Position numbers and translations under genes: made by a program. 28,953 nt of DNA from an uncultured Desulfovibrionaceae bacterium (GTDB lineage: Bacteria > Desulfobacterota > Desulfovibrionia > Desulfovibrionales > Desulfovibrionaceae): contig CAYJHV010000001.1 of NCBI GenBank assembly GCA_964369825.1, positions 1 through 28,953 of the forward strand. Reading direction: 5' to 3'. Positions 16,613 through 24,918 of the stretch are shown piece after piece (within the stretch, counting starts at the first letter, position 1; each line of letters starts with the position of its first letter). The notes beneath the pieces are model-generated. The model saw only the letters and a list, made by a program, of their open reading frames with translations. It searched no databases and was not told the origin of the DNA.

Positions 16613-19600
16613 TCAAACTTCAAAGAGCATTTCCAAATCTTCACGAGTTAATGACTGCATAGTATCTTGCCCGGGAATAATGGCTTCTGCCACGCTGCGC
16701 TTGGCTTCTTGCAATTTGAGTATTTTCTCTTCCACTGTATTTTGGCAAATAAGTTTGTAAGAAAACACTTGCTTTGTCTGTCCGATACGGTGTGTACGGT
16801 CAGTGGCCTGATTTTCCACGGCAGGGTTCCACCAAGGATCATAATGGATGACGTAATCTGCTGAGGTTAGATTAAGCCCGGTTCCGCCGGCCTTGAGCGA
16901 GATAAGGAAGATGGGGATATCTGCATTGTTGTTGAAAGTGTCCACTTGCTCAAAGCGATTTTTGCAAGCACCGTCAAGATAACAGAAAGGAATTTCTGCG
17001 GCTTGCAACCATTGTCTTATGATGTGTAACATTTGTACAAATTGTGAGAAAACAAGCACCTTATGACCGCCTTCCACAATATCCATGACCATACTCTTAA
17101 AGGCATCAAATTTTCCGGAAGGTAAATTGGTGGAAAAGCCCGGCATGTCTATTTTCAACAGACGGGGGTGACAACAAATCTGACGTAATTTGAGCAAGGC
17201 ATCAAGGATGGACATTTGACTTTTGCCAATACCTTTTTCATCAACGTCGGCAAGTACTTGCATTTTAAGTTTATGCGCAAGAGCTGCATAAAGTTCTGCT
17301 TGTGCTTCTTCCAAAGCGCAACATGTAACGCTTTCCACCTTGGGCGGCAAATCTTTTGCCACTTCGGATTTTGTACGCCGCAAAATAAAGGGGCGTACCC
17401 TTGTGCGTAAAAATTCCAAGGTTTCCACGTCGCCATCTTTAATAGGTTTAACGATGCCACGTTGAAAAGCGTGCTGCGAACCCAAAAAGCCCGGCATAAG
17501 GAATTCGAAAAGTGACCACAATTCAAAAAGGTTGTTTTCAATGGGCGTACCTGAGAGGCAAAGGCGCATACGAGCATTGATATTGCGCACAGATCTTGCT
17601 GTTATGGTATTGGGATTTTTAATATTTTGCGCTTCGTCCAATATTATGGAGTTGAACTCAAATTTTTCAAACTCTTCCAAATCACGGCGCAAAAGAGCAT
17701 AGGTTGTCACCACAAGATCTGAATCTTGAATTTGCTTAAACATGTTTTCGCGGCGAGTACCATAGATTATCAGGCGGCGCATGGACGGGACAAATTTTTC
17801 TGCTTCTCTGTCCCAGTTGGGAAGTACAGAAGTAGGAACGATGATAAGATTTGGCCCATGATAGTTTCGCTCAATCATATATTGTATAAAGGCAAGCGTT
17901 TGGACTGTTTTTCCAAGTCCCATTTCGTCAGCCAAAATACCGCCAAAACTGTATTCGGAAAGGAAGTTTAAATAGGATATACCCTGCAATTGATAGGAAC
18001 GCAAATCGGCATGGAGTCCTTGCGGAGCCTCAATGGGGCGCACTTCACGGAAATCACGAATTTTTTCACGTAATTTATTCCAGAAAGAATCAGTGCTGAC
18101 CGTGGGAAAATCTTCCAAAATATTATCAAGAATGGGCGCTTCATATTGCTTAAACTTGGTTTGAGGCGGTTTAGAAGGATCAAGCCCGAGAGCATGTAAT
18201 TTATGCGCCAACTTTTCAAGCCATGATTCAGGCAAACTGGTATACGAACCATCTTTTAATTGCACATAGCGCTTGCCTTTGGTCCATGCTTTCCAAATTT
18301 TTTCCAAGGAAACCGATTGCCCATCATACTCAATGTTAATATCAAGTGAGAACCATTTATCTTTTTCATCACTTTCCACCGTTGCAGTAATAACCGATTG
18401 AGAAGTGCGCACTTTATAGCGAGAAAGAGCTTTTTCACCGTACACTCTGTAGGTTTCAAGCAGCTTGGGATAGCAATCCAGAAGAAAGGCAATGGCTTCT
18501 TCCGGTTCTAAAAACCAAAGCTTATTGCTTCTTTGTTGGAAACCCATGCCATTGAGCGTGTCCAAAAGCTCTGATTCTTCAGCTTGATGCCTTTGCACAA
18601 GGTAGGTTGAATGCTCAAAGTAATAAGAACCGGTTTGAAAATCAGGATTTGGACCGTTGAGCATAAATTCACCGTGTACGGTCTCATAAATATTTTCAAT
18701 TTCAAGAGTAAGCAAGCTGCCTTCTTCATCCAAGAATAATTTAGGATTATAGGTGGCAGGTTGAAAAATAGGCGCCATGCGCTTTAAGAATTCTTCCGGT
18801 TCAAAAAGGTTGGTGCTCGGAAGACGTGTCCATACTCTGTCTAAAAATTCAGATATTTCTGTTTGTGGTACCACAGGACGAGCATACAGAAGGTCATAGA
18901 CCAAGGGTAAATGCAATCCCGTTTGCACCGGAAAAAAATTTCTGTTATAACAAACCCATATGGGTATTTGCCCATGAAAGGTAATCTCTTCGTCATGTTC
19001 ATCGCCGTGATGAGTAACAACACCTTGTTGCATAAGCGAAATGGGTGGTCTGCCTTCGTGAATGAGCAAAACAGAAAAATACAAGCCATCATCATCAATT
19101 TCCGGCTTTAATTTCAAGACGAAAGGAGTATTTTCAATAAAACTTTTGTGCTCGGTATCACGCCAGTATAAATAATACTCGTTGCGAATGGCCCAAAAAA
19201 ACCACGAAACCAGCCCTTCGGGAATTTCCACTCTATGCCCATAATAATCTTGATGTTGACCTATCTGGCGTGCTACGTCCGTCAATTGCGGTGAAAGTTC
19301 GCACCATTCGGGATTTCGGATAATTTGCTCAAGGGTTATCTCGGCGTGGACGGAAGATATGTCTGTTTTATTTTGTCGTCCTCGAAAAAAAGCCACGGCA
19401 AGGCGTCCGGGTTCAGGGTAGAAACGGAAAATAAGATAATGTCGCCCCGGCTCCGGTTCCATTTCTGTGGAAAAAAAAGACCTAAAGCTTTGCTTCCATT
19501 CTGCTCTTTGCGGAATTCTTTCTTCATGAACATCATCTTCTTGCAAATCGGCAAGCAGTTGCAAAGCTATGGCAGCGGCATGGCGACATACCGAGGTAAA

Positions 19601-19858
19601 AGAATCAGAACAATTACACTGAGATTTAGTGGTATAATCATCGGTACATACAGAGAGTACCGGCGCATAGACTTGAAAATCATCTCCTTGCACTGTTCCG
19701 TCAATTTTCCACAGATTTGCTTCGTGGGTAATATTAAGCCGCTGCAAGCCCCCTTCGGACAAAATATATTGTCCGCTGTCACGAATGTACTCGGGAACTG
19801 TACCCATTAAAAAATTATGTACAAGCGTACGCACCGCATTTTTTTCAGCTCTTGTCAT
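16613..19858 (-). CDS. SWIM zinc finger-SNF2 family helicase-like ATPase
   Basis: SWIM CNC...CRH, then LADEMGLGKT, DEAQ, SGTPIEN, FILRRTK, SLKAGGTGLNL, DPWWNP and QATDRTHRIGQ. Confidence 0.96.
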   Translation of the reverse strand: MTRAEKNAVRTLVHNFLMGTVPEYIRDSGQYILSEGGLQRLNITHEANLWKIDGTVQGDDFQVYAPVLSVCTDDYTTKSQCNCSDSFTSVCRHAAAIALQLLADLQEDDVHEERIPQRAEWKQSFRSFFSTEMEPEPGRHYLIFRFYPEPGRLAVAFFRGRQNKTDISSVHAEITLEQIIRNPEWCELSPQLTDVARQIGQHQDYYGHRVEIPEGLVSWFFWAIRNEYYLYWRDTEHKSFIENTPFVLKLKPEIDDDGLYFSVLLIHEGRPPISLMQQGVVTHHGDEHDEEITFHGQIPIWVCYNRNFFPVQTGLHLPLVYDLLYARPVVPQTEISEFLDRVWTRLPSTNLFEPEEFLKRMAPIFQPATYNPKLFLDEEGSLLTLEIENIYETVHGEFMLNGPNPDFQTGSYYFEHSTYLVQRHQAEESELLDTLNGMGFQQRSNKLWFLEPEEAIAFLLDCYPKLLETYRVYGEKALSRYKVRTSQSVITATVESDEKDKWFSLDINIEYDGQSVSLEKIWKAWTKGKRYVQLKDGSYTSLPESWLEKLAHKLHALGLDPSKPPQTKFKQYEAPILDNILEDFPTVSTDSFWNKLREKIRDFREVRPIEAPQGLHADLRSYQLQGISYLNFLSEYSFGGILADEMGLGKTVQTLAFIQYMIERNYHGPNLIIVPTSVLPNWDREAEKFVPSMRRLIIYGTRRENMFKQIQDSDLVVTTYALLRRDLEEFEKFEFNSIILDEAQNIKNPNTITARSVRNINARMRLCLSGTPIENNLFELWSLFEFLMPGFLGSQHAFQRGIVKPIKDGDVETLEFLRTRVRPFILRRTKSEVAKDLPPKVESVTCCALEEAQAELYAALAHKLKMQVLADVDEKGIGKSQMSILDALLKLRQICCHPRLLKIDMPGFSTNLPSGKFDAFKSMVMDIVEGGHKVLVFSQFVQMLHIIRQWLQAAEIPFCYLDGACKNRFEQVDTFNNNADIPIFLISLKAGGTGLNLTSADYVIHYDPWWNPAVENQATDRTHRIGQTKQVFSYKLICQNTVEEKILKLQEAKRSVAEAIIPGQDTMQSLTREDLEMLFEV

Positions 19859-20020
19859 GCTGAAGAACTCCTAGTTTTGCTTTTTTGCAATCTTGATTTT
19901 CAACTAAAACAAAGAACCGAGAATCAGTGAATTTTTTGCGTAATACTATATCCTAGTAATTAACTATACAAAAAAACAGATTTTGTCAATACCTAAAAAC
20001 TAGCTTCATAAAACCTTTAC

Positions 20021-20049
20021 CAAAAAAAGCTTTGTCAAAAAAAGCTTTG
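20021..20049. repeat. 14-bp direct repeat with a 15-bp period over a promoter
   Basis: CAAAAAAAGCTTTG at 20021-20034 and 20036-20049. Confidence 0.75.
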
Positions 20050-20060
20050 CAAGGTAGAAT
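20032..20060 (+). promoter_or_regulatory. Sigma70 promoter for the ABC substrate-binding gene and possibly relA
   Basis: TTGTCA (20032-20037), 17 nt, TAGAAT (20055-20060). Each box matches 5 of 6 consensus bases. Confidence 0.65.
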
Positions 20061-20140
20061 GAAACTAAAGAATACAGAGTATATGAACTTTATAGAAACA
20101 TAAAAAATTATTTGAATATAAAAGCGAAAGGTATCTTAAA

Positions 20141-21832
20141 ATGAATACAACAATTCGTCAAGTCATTAAAAAAATAACAATTTTCCTTGTTCTTTCTTGT
20201 CTTTGCTTAAGCTCATTACTCCTTTATACATCAATGAAAGTTTGTGCGCAAGAGAAAAAAAATCAAACTTTAATAGGTCAATTAAAGACTTCTCATACAC
20301 TTGATACTCCATATGGTGGACGTTATGTGGCCGGAAGCATAGGTGAGGCTTCAAATCTTATACCTTATCTTGCCACAGACTCTGCTTCCCATGATGTATC
20401 GGATTTATTGTATATTTCTGTACTGCGTTATGATAAAAATTTACGCATTGAACCTTATGCCGCAAAATCATACAGCGTGGAAGAGGACGGAAAATTATTA
20501 CGCTTTCAATTACATGAAGGAATTTTATGGGAAGACGGCGTAGAGCTTACTGCCGATGATGTGGAATTTACATGGAAAGTTGTTACCGATCCCAAAACGG
20601 CCTCACCTTATGCCGAAGACCTTATGCAAGTGAAAGAATTTCGTAAAACCGGAAAATATTCTTTTGAAGTGCGTTATGAAAAATATTTTTCTGCCGCTTT
20701 AACTTCGTGGATGAGTGCCATTTTGCCAAAGCATATTCTTGACGGTCAAGAGCTGCGCAACACTGCTTTTTCCAGAAAACCTGTGGGGGCAGGTCCTTAT
20801 CGCTTCAAAACATGGATACCGGGCTCAAGTATCACCCTTGAGGCTTCACCCACTTATTTCAAAGGTTCGGCACATATTCAAGAGGTGGTTTTTCGCATCA
20901 TACCTGATGTTTCTACCATGTTTTTAGAAACACGGGCAGGCAAACTTGATATGATGCAATTAAGCCCACAACAATATTTACGTCAAACCCAAGGAAAATT
21001 TTGGGAAGAAAATTATAATAAGTACAGATATCTTGCTTCTATCTATCTTTTCATGGGCTTTAATATGTTGCATCCCTTTTTTAAAGATGTGCTCGTAAGG
21101 CGTGCCATTTCTCATGCCATTGACCGAGAAGGCATTGTCAAAGGTGTACTCATGGGAGAAGGTATTGCCTCTTTTGGCCCATATAAACCGGGCACCTTTG
21201 CCTATCATCCCACCTTAAAACCTCCTAAGTATGACGTGCAACTTGCCAAGGAACTTTTGCGTGAAGCAGGCTTTAGTGACAGCAATAATGATGGTATCCT
21301 TGATAAAGACGGAAAAACTTTTGCCTTTACTATACTTACCAATCAGGGTAACGAACAACGTATACTTACTGCTACGGTCATTCAAAGTCAGTTAAAAGAC
21401 ATTGGTATTCAGGCTCAAATACGTACCGTGGAATGGGCAGCTTTTATTAAGGAGTTTGTGAATACAGGGCAATTTGATGCCGTCATCCTTGGCTGGACAA
21501 TGACACCGGATCCTGATATTTTCGATGTTTGGCACTCTTCCAAAGCCAAAGCCGGGGGGCTTAACTTTACACGCTTTACCCACCCGGAGCTGGACAAAAT
21601 CCTTGAGAAAGGACGCAGCACACCGGATATGGAAAAAAGACAGGCTTTGTACAGACGTTTGCAAGAAATTTTGGCGCAAGAGCAGCCTTATTGTTTCTTA
21701 TTTGTACCTTATGCCTTACCCATTGTGCAAGCACGTTTTCAAGGCATAAAACCGGAACTTTCCGGTATTATGTATAATTTTGAGAAGTGGTGGGTACCCA
21801 AAAATTTACAACGCTTTACTTTGCAAAAATAA
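20141..21832 (+). CDS. Peptide/nickel ABC transporter substrate-binding protein (family 5, AppA-like)
   Basis: Signal peptide, and motifs WEDGVELTADDVEFT, PVGAGPYRF, VRRAISHAIDR and AKELLREAG. Confidence 0.93.
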   Translation: MNTTIRQVIKKITIFLVLSCLCLSSLLLYTSMKVCAQEKKNQTLIGQLKTSHTLDTPYGGRYVAGSIGEASNLIPYLATDSASHDVSDLLYISVLRYDKNLRIEPYAAKSYSVEEDGKLLRFQLHEGILWEDGVELTADDVEFTWKVVTDPKTASPYAEDLMQVKEFRKTGKYSFEVRYEKYFSAALTSWMSAILPKHILDGQELRNTAFSRKPVGAGPYRFKTWIPGSSITLEASPTYFKGSAHIQEVVFRIIPDVSTMFLETRAGKLDMMQLSPQQYLRQTQGKFWEENYNKYRYLASIYLFMGFNMLHPFFKDVLVRRAISHAIDREGIVKGVLMGEGIASFGPYKPGTFAYHPTLKPPKYDVQLAKELLREAGFSDSNNDGILDKDGKTFAFTILTNQGNEQRILTATVIQSQLKDIGIQAQIRTVEWAAFIKEFVNTGQFDAVILGWTMTPDPDIFDVWHSSKAKAGGLNFTRFTHPELDKILEKGRSTPDMEKRQALYRRLQEILAQEQPYCFLFVPYALPIVQARFQGIKPELSGIMYNFEKWWVPKNLQRFTLQK

Positions 21833-21866
21833 TTTTCTGAACACATTTTAAGGTAATATACATACT

Positions 21867-24017
21867 ATGATACGCATCCAAGAAATACTTGATTGCCTTG
21901 TGGCACAAAATCCAGAAGCAAATGTAGAGCTTGTACAAAAAGCCTATGTCTATGCAGCCTCAGCCCATGCCGGTCAAACGAGGCTTTCCGGCGAACCTTA
22001 TCTGTCCCACCCTTTGGCTGTGGCACATACTCTTGCCGAGCTTGGTTTTGATGAAGCAACCGTTGTTGCCGGACTTTTACATGATACCGTGGAAGACACC
22101 AAGGCAAGCATCGAAGAAGTGGATGAGCTTTTTGGTGAAGATGTGGCAGATATTGTGGACGGCGTTACCAAAATCAGTATGATTACCTTTGAATCCAAGG
22201 AAGATGCTCAAGCGGAAAATATCCGCAAAATGATTCTTGCCATGAGTCATGACATTCGTGTGCTCATGGTCAAACTTGCCGATCGTATTCACAATATGCG
22301 TACCTTGGACTTTCAAAAAACTCATAAACAAAGACGCATTGCCCAAGAAACCATGGACATTTATGCGCCGCTTGCCAATCGTCTTGGTTTGCATAGGGTA
22401 AAACAAATTTTGGAAGACCTGAGTTTCAAATATTTGCGTCCCGATGTTTATAGTCAAATTACCGCTTGGCTCGATGATAACCAAGTGGTTGAACGGAAAA
22501 TCATTGATAAAGTGGTACGCAATCTTGAAGAGCTTATCCTCGATAATAATATTAAGGGCAGTGTGAGCGGACGCATTAAGCACAAATTCAGCATTCATAA
22601 AAAAATGCAACAGCTTTCCCTTTCCCTCGATGAAATGCATGATATTATGGCTTTTCGAGTGTTGGTCAAAGATGTTCGAGATTGTTATGCCGTTCTTGGC
22701 TTGGTACACTCCAAGTGGCGTCCCGTACATGGTCGCTTCAAAGATTATATTTCCATGCCCAAAAATAACGGTTATCAAAGTTTGCATACCACCGTCATCG
22801 GTCCCGAAGGTGAACGCATTGAAATTCAAATCCGCACGGAAGAAATGCATAATCAAGCCGAACATGGTGTGGCTTCCCATTGGTTGTACAAAGAAAATAA
22901 AAAGGTTAATCCCAAAGATTTGGAGCAATTCACTTGGCTGAGAGAAATTTTTGAACGCCAAAGAGATGAGTCTGATTCCAAAGAATTTATGCATTCTTTG
23001 CGCCTTGACCTCTTCAAAGATGAAGTTTTTGTCTATACTCCCAAAGGTGATGTGAAAGAGTTGCCGGAAGGTGCTACACCTTTAGATTTTGCCTTTCACA
23101 TTCATACCAAGGTTGGGCACCATTGCAGTGGTACCAAGGTCAACGGAAAACTTGTGCCACTGGGAACCCCGCTCAAAAATGGCGATATTGTTGAAATTAT
23201 CACCGATCAATCAAGGCACCCCAATCGTGATTGGCTTAAAATGGTCAAAACTGCCAAGGCTCGTAGTCGAATCCAGCATTATTTGCGTACCGAAGAGCGT
23301 GCCGGAGCTTTGCGCCTTGGTAAAGAAATGCTGGAAAAAGAAGGGCGTAAGCTCAGCCTTAATGTGGCAAAAGCTCTTAAAAAAGGACAGCTTGGACTTG
23401 TTGCCTCGGACATGAATTTTGAGAATGTGAACGAACTTTTTGCCTCGGTGGGCTATGGGCACAATACCCCACGTCGTGTGCTCAATAAGCTTTATGCCAT
23501 ACTCAATCCCGATGCCGTCACTCAAGAGCCGGTAAAAGAAAGTGCCAAGGAAAAAAGTCCCAAAAATAAAAAACCTGACGGTATCAGTATTTCAGGTGTG
23601 GACGGTGTATTGGTTCGTTATGCCAAATGCTGTAATCCTGTACCGGGAGATGCCATTGTTGGCTATATTTCCAGTGGCTTTGGTACTAGCGTGCATCGCA
23701 GTGATTGTATAAATGTTGTCAATATGGAGCCGGAACGCCTGCTTTCCGTACATTGGGATGGTGAAGAAAGCAACAAACCGTATCAATCTCGAATGCATAT
23801 CACCGCTCGCACCGAAAAGGGGCTGTTGGCAAAAGTGACGCTTATCTTTGCTCAAGATTCTGTGAATATCAGCGAATTTAAAGCGCATGATTCCGTAGAC
23901 GGACGAACCCTTATGGATTTGGTTGTGGAAGTATGTCATGTGGAACAGCTGTATCAACTTATTGAATCCATAAATAAAATACCAAATGTTATCGAAGTTA
24001 CCAGAACTACTGAATAA
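21867..24017 (+). CDS. relA: Bifunctional (p)ppGpp synthetase/hydrolase (long RelA/SpoT homologue)
   Basis: Intact hydrolase motif LHDTVED, synthetase motifs RFKDY, YQSLHT and EIQIRT, a TGS domain, AKCCNP and a C-terminal ACT domain. Confidence 0.96.
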   Translation: MIRIQEILDCLVAQNPEANVELVQKAYVYAASAHAGQTRLSGEPYLSHPLAVAHTLAELGFDEATVVAGLLHDTVEDTKASIEEVDELFGEDVADIVDGVTKISMITFESKEDAQAENIRKMILAMSHDIRVLMVKLADRIHNMRTLDFQKTHKQRRIAQETMDIYAPLANRLGLHRVKQILEDLSFKYLRPDVYSQITAWLDDNQVVERKIIDKVVRNLEELILDNNIKGSVSGRIKHKFSIHKKMQQLSLSLDEMHDIMAFRVLVKDVRDCYAVLGLVHSKWRPVHGRFKDYISMPKNNGYQSLHTTVIGPEGERIEIQIRTEEMHNQAEHGVASHWLYKENKKVNPKDLEQFTWLREIFERQRDESDSKEFMHSLRLDLFKDEVFVYTPKGDVKELPEGATPLDFAFHIHTKVGHHCSGTKVNGKLVPLGTPLKNGDIVEIITDQSRHPNRDWLKMVKTAKARSRIQHYLRTEERAGALRLGKEMLEKEGRKLSLNVAKALKKGQLGLVASDMNFENVNELFASVGYGHNTPRRVLNKLYAILNPDAVTQEPVKESAKEKSPKNKKPDGISISGVDGVLVRYAKCCNPVPGDAIVGYISSGFGTSVHRSDCINVVNMEPERLLSVHWDGEESNKPYQSRMHITARTEKGLLAKVTLIFAQDSVNISEFKAHDSVDGRTLMDLVVEVCHVEQLYQLIESINKIPNVIEVTRTTE

Positions 24018-24044
24018 TTATTTTTGGAAAGGAGTGTCCCCAAA

Positions 24045-24437
24045 CGGAGAGGGAGAGATTGCATCATGTAGGTTAAAGCTTTGTTTTTATGCGATAAATT
24101 TTATATATCATAAAACTCTCCGTCTACCGGTGCCTACTTGTAAAAGTAGATGCTACAAAATCCGTCAAGATTTTGCGTAGCGCAAAATTTTCGCTTCCGC
24201 TCAAATTTTGTTAGTCGCCACAGAAAAACCACGTTTTAACGTCATAAAAATGCCGGAAAAGTGCACTTCGTGCACTTATTTCCGGCATTTTTGCTTGTTT
24301 ATTTTTACTAAAAAATTGTTTAATTTTAAATTGTTATTATGTTTTTCAGTGACGACTAAGTAAGCATAGCTTTTACTTTGTCCGCTTTGACTTACCACCG
24401 GTGCAAGTCCCACATAAGAAAGTTTTCCCCTCCCCTG
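24045..24437. repeat. Large nested imperfect palindrome between convergent genes
   Basis: Paired arms at 24045-24072/24409-24437, 24126-24132/24396-24402 and 24140-24156/24360-24376, with overlapping hairpins at 24156-24210. Confidence 0.65.
24211..24359. mobile_element. MITE-like element (~149 bp) with 19-bp terminal inverted repeats
   Basis: TTAGTCGCCACAGAAAAAC (24211-24229) and GTTTTTCAGTGACGACTAA (24341-24359) are complementary at 17 of 19 positions. Internal hairpin at 24246-24292. No ORF. Confidence 0.6.
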
Positions 24438-24477
24438 CAAAAAAACTGAATTAAGGCAATGACCACATACAATAAAT

Positions 24478-24909
24478 TTACTGTGCCAATCCGAGGGTTA
24501 AGGCATAGGCCAATGTCCAGACCAAAACACGGTTAAGCCATGCATAGACAATCTTTCCTTGCAATGTTCTGCGTACACTGACAAAAAGAGATAAAAAGCT
24601 GCCTAATATGTAAAAAAAGACAAAGCCGATGCTTGCCAAAAAGCCGGCTTGCAAAGCCATGCTCACAATTAATATCAAGGTAATCAGAATTGGTAAACAC
24701 GAAAAACCTTGGCTTGCTTGCTCAAAAACCCTTTGCTGTTGCCAGCCACGTCCATGTACTTCAAAAGCCACAGATTTTTTTTGAAACAGTCTTTGACCAT
24801 AATCAGCTTGTTCATTGTTATCAATAACCTCTGCTTCCACAACCTGTGTACTCTGTTCCCTGCCGGTAAGATTTTCAGCTTGATTATTGTTTTTGGAACT
24901 TGATGACAT
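24478..24909 (-). CDS. Hypothetical membrane protein (about 3 TM helices)
   Basis: 143-aa ORF 9 nt downstream of recJ with SD AAGGTG. Hydrophilic N-terminus and hydrophobic C-terminal half. Confidence 0.8.
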   Translation of the reverse strand: MSSSSKNNNQAENLTGREQSTQVVEAEVIDNNEQADYGQRLFQKKSVAFEVHGRGWQQQRVFEQASQGFSCLPILITLILIVSMALQAGFLASIGFVFFYILGSFLSLFVSVRRTLQGKIVYAWLNRVLVWTLAYALTLGLAQ

Positions 24910-24918
24910 TTTTTCACC

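Noticed and set aside
16613..19858. SNF2 ATPase as part of an anti-phage defence system
   Set aside because: No methylase, nuclease or other defence partner is adjacent, and stand-alone SWIM-SNF2 proteins are common chromosomal genes.
19963..19989. TTGACA and TATAGT on the minus strand as the SNF2 promoter
   Set aside because: The spacer is only 15 nt. It is plausible but not supportable without TSS data.
22077..22994. 305-aa antisense ORF within relA, and similar shadow ORFs such as 8476-9081, 4505-5083 and 27861-28427
   Set aside because: They lie wholly opposite well-supported genes and show no motifs. They are consistent with codon-bias shadows.
23986..24180. 64-aa ORF after relA
   Set aside because: It overlaps the relA end, has no SD and runs through the palindromic repeat.
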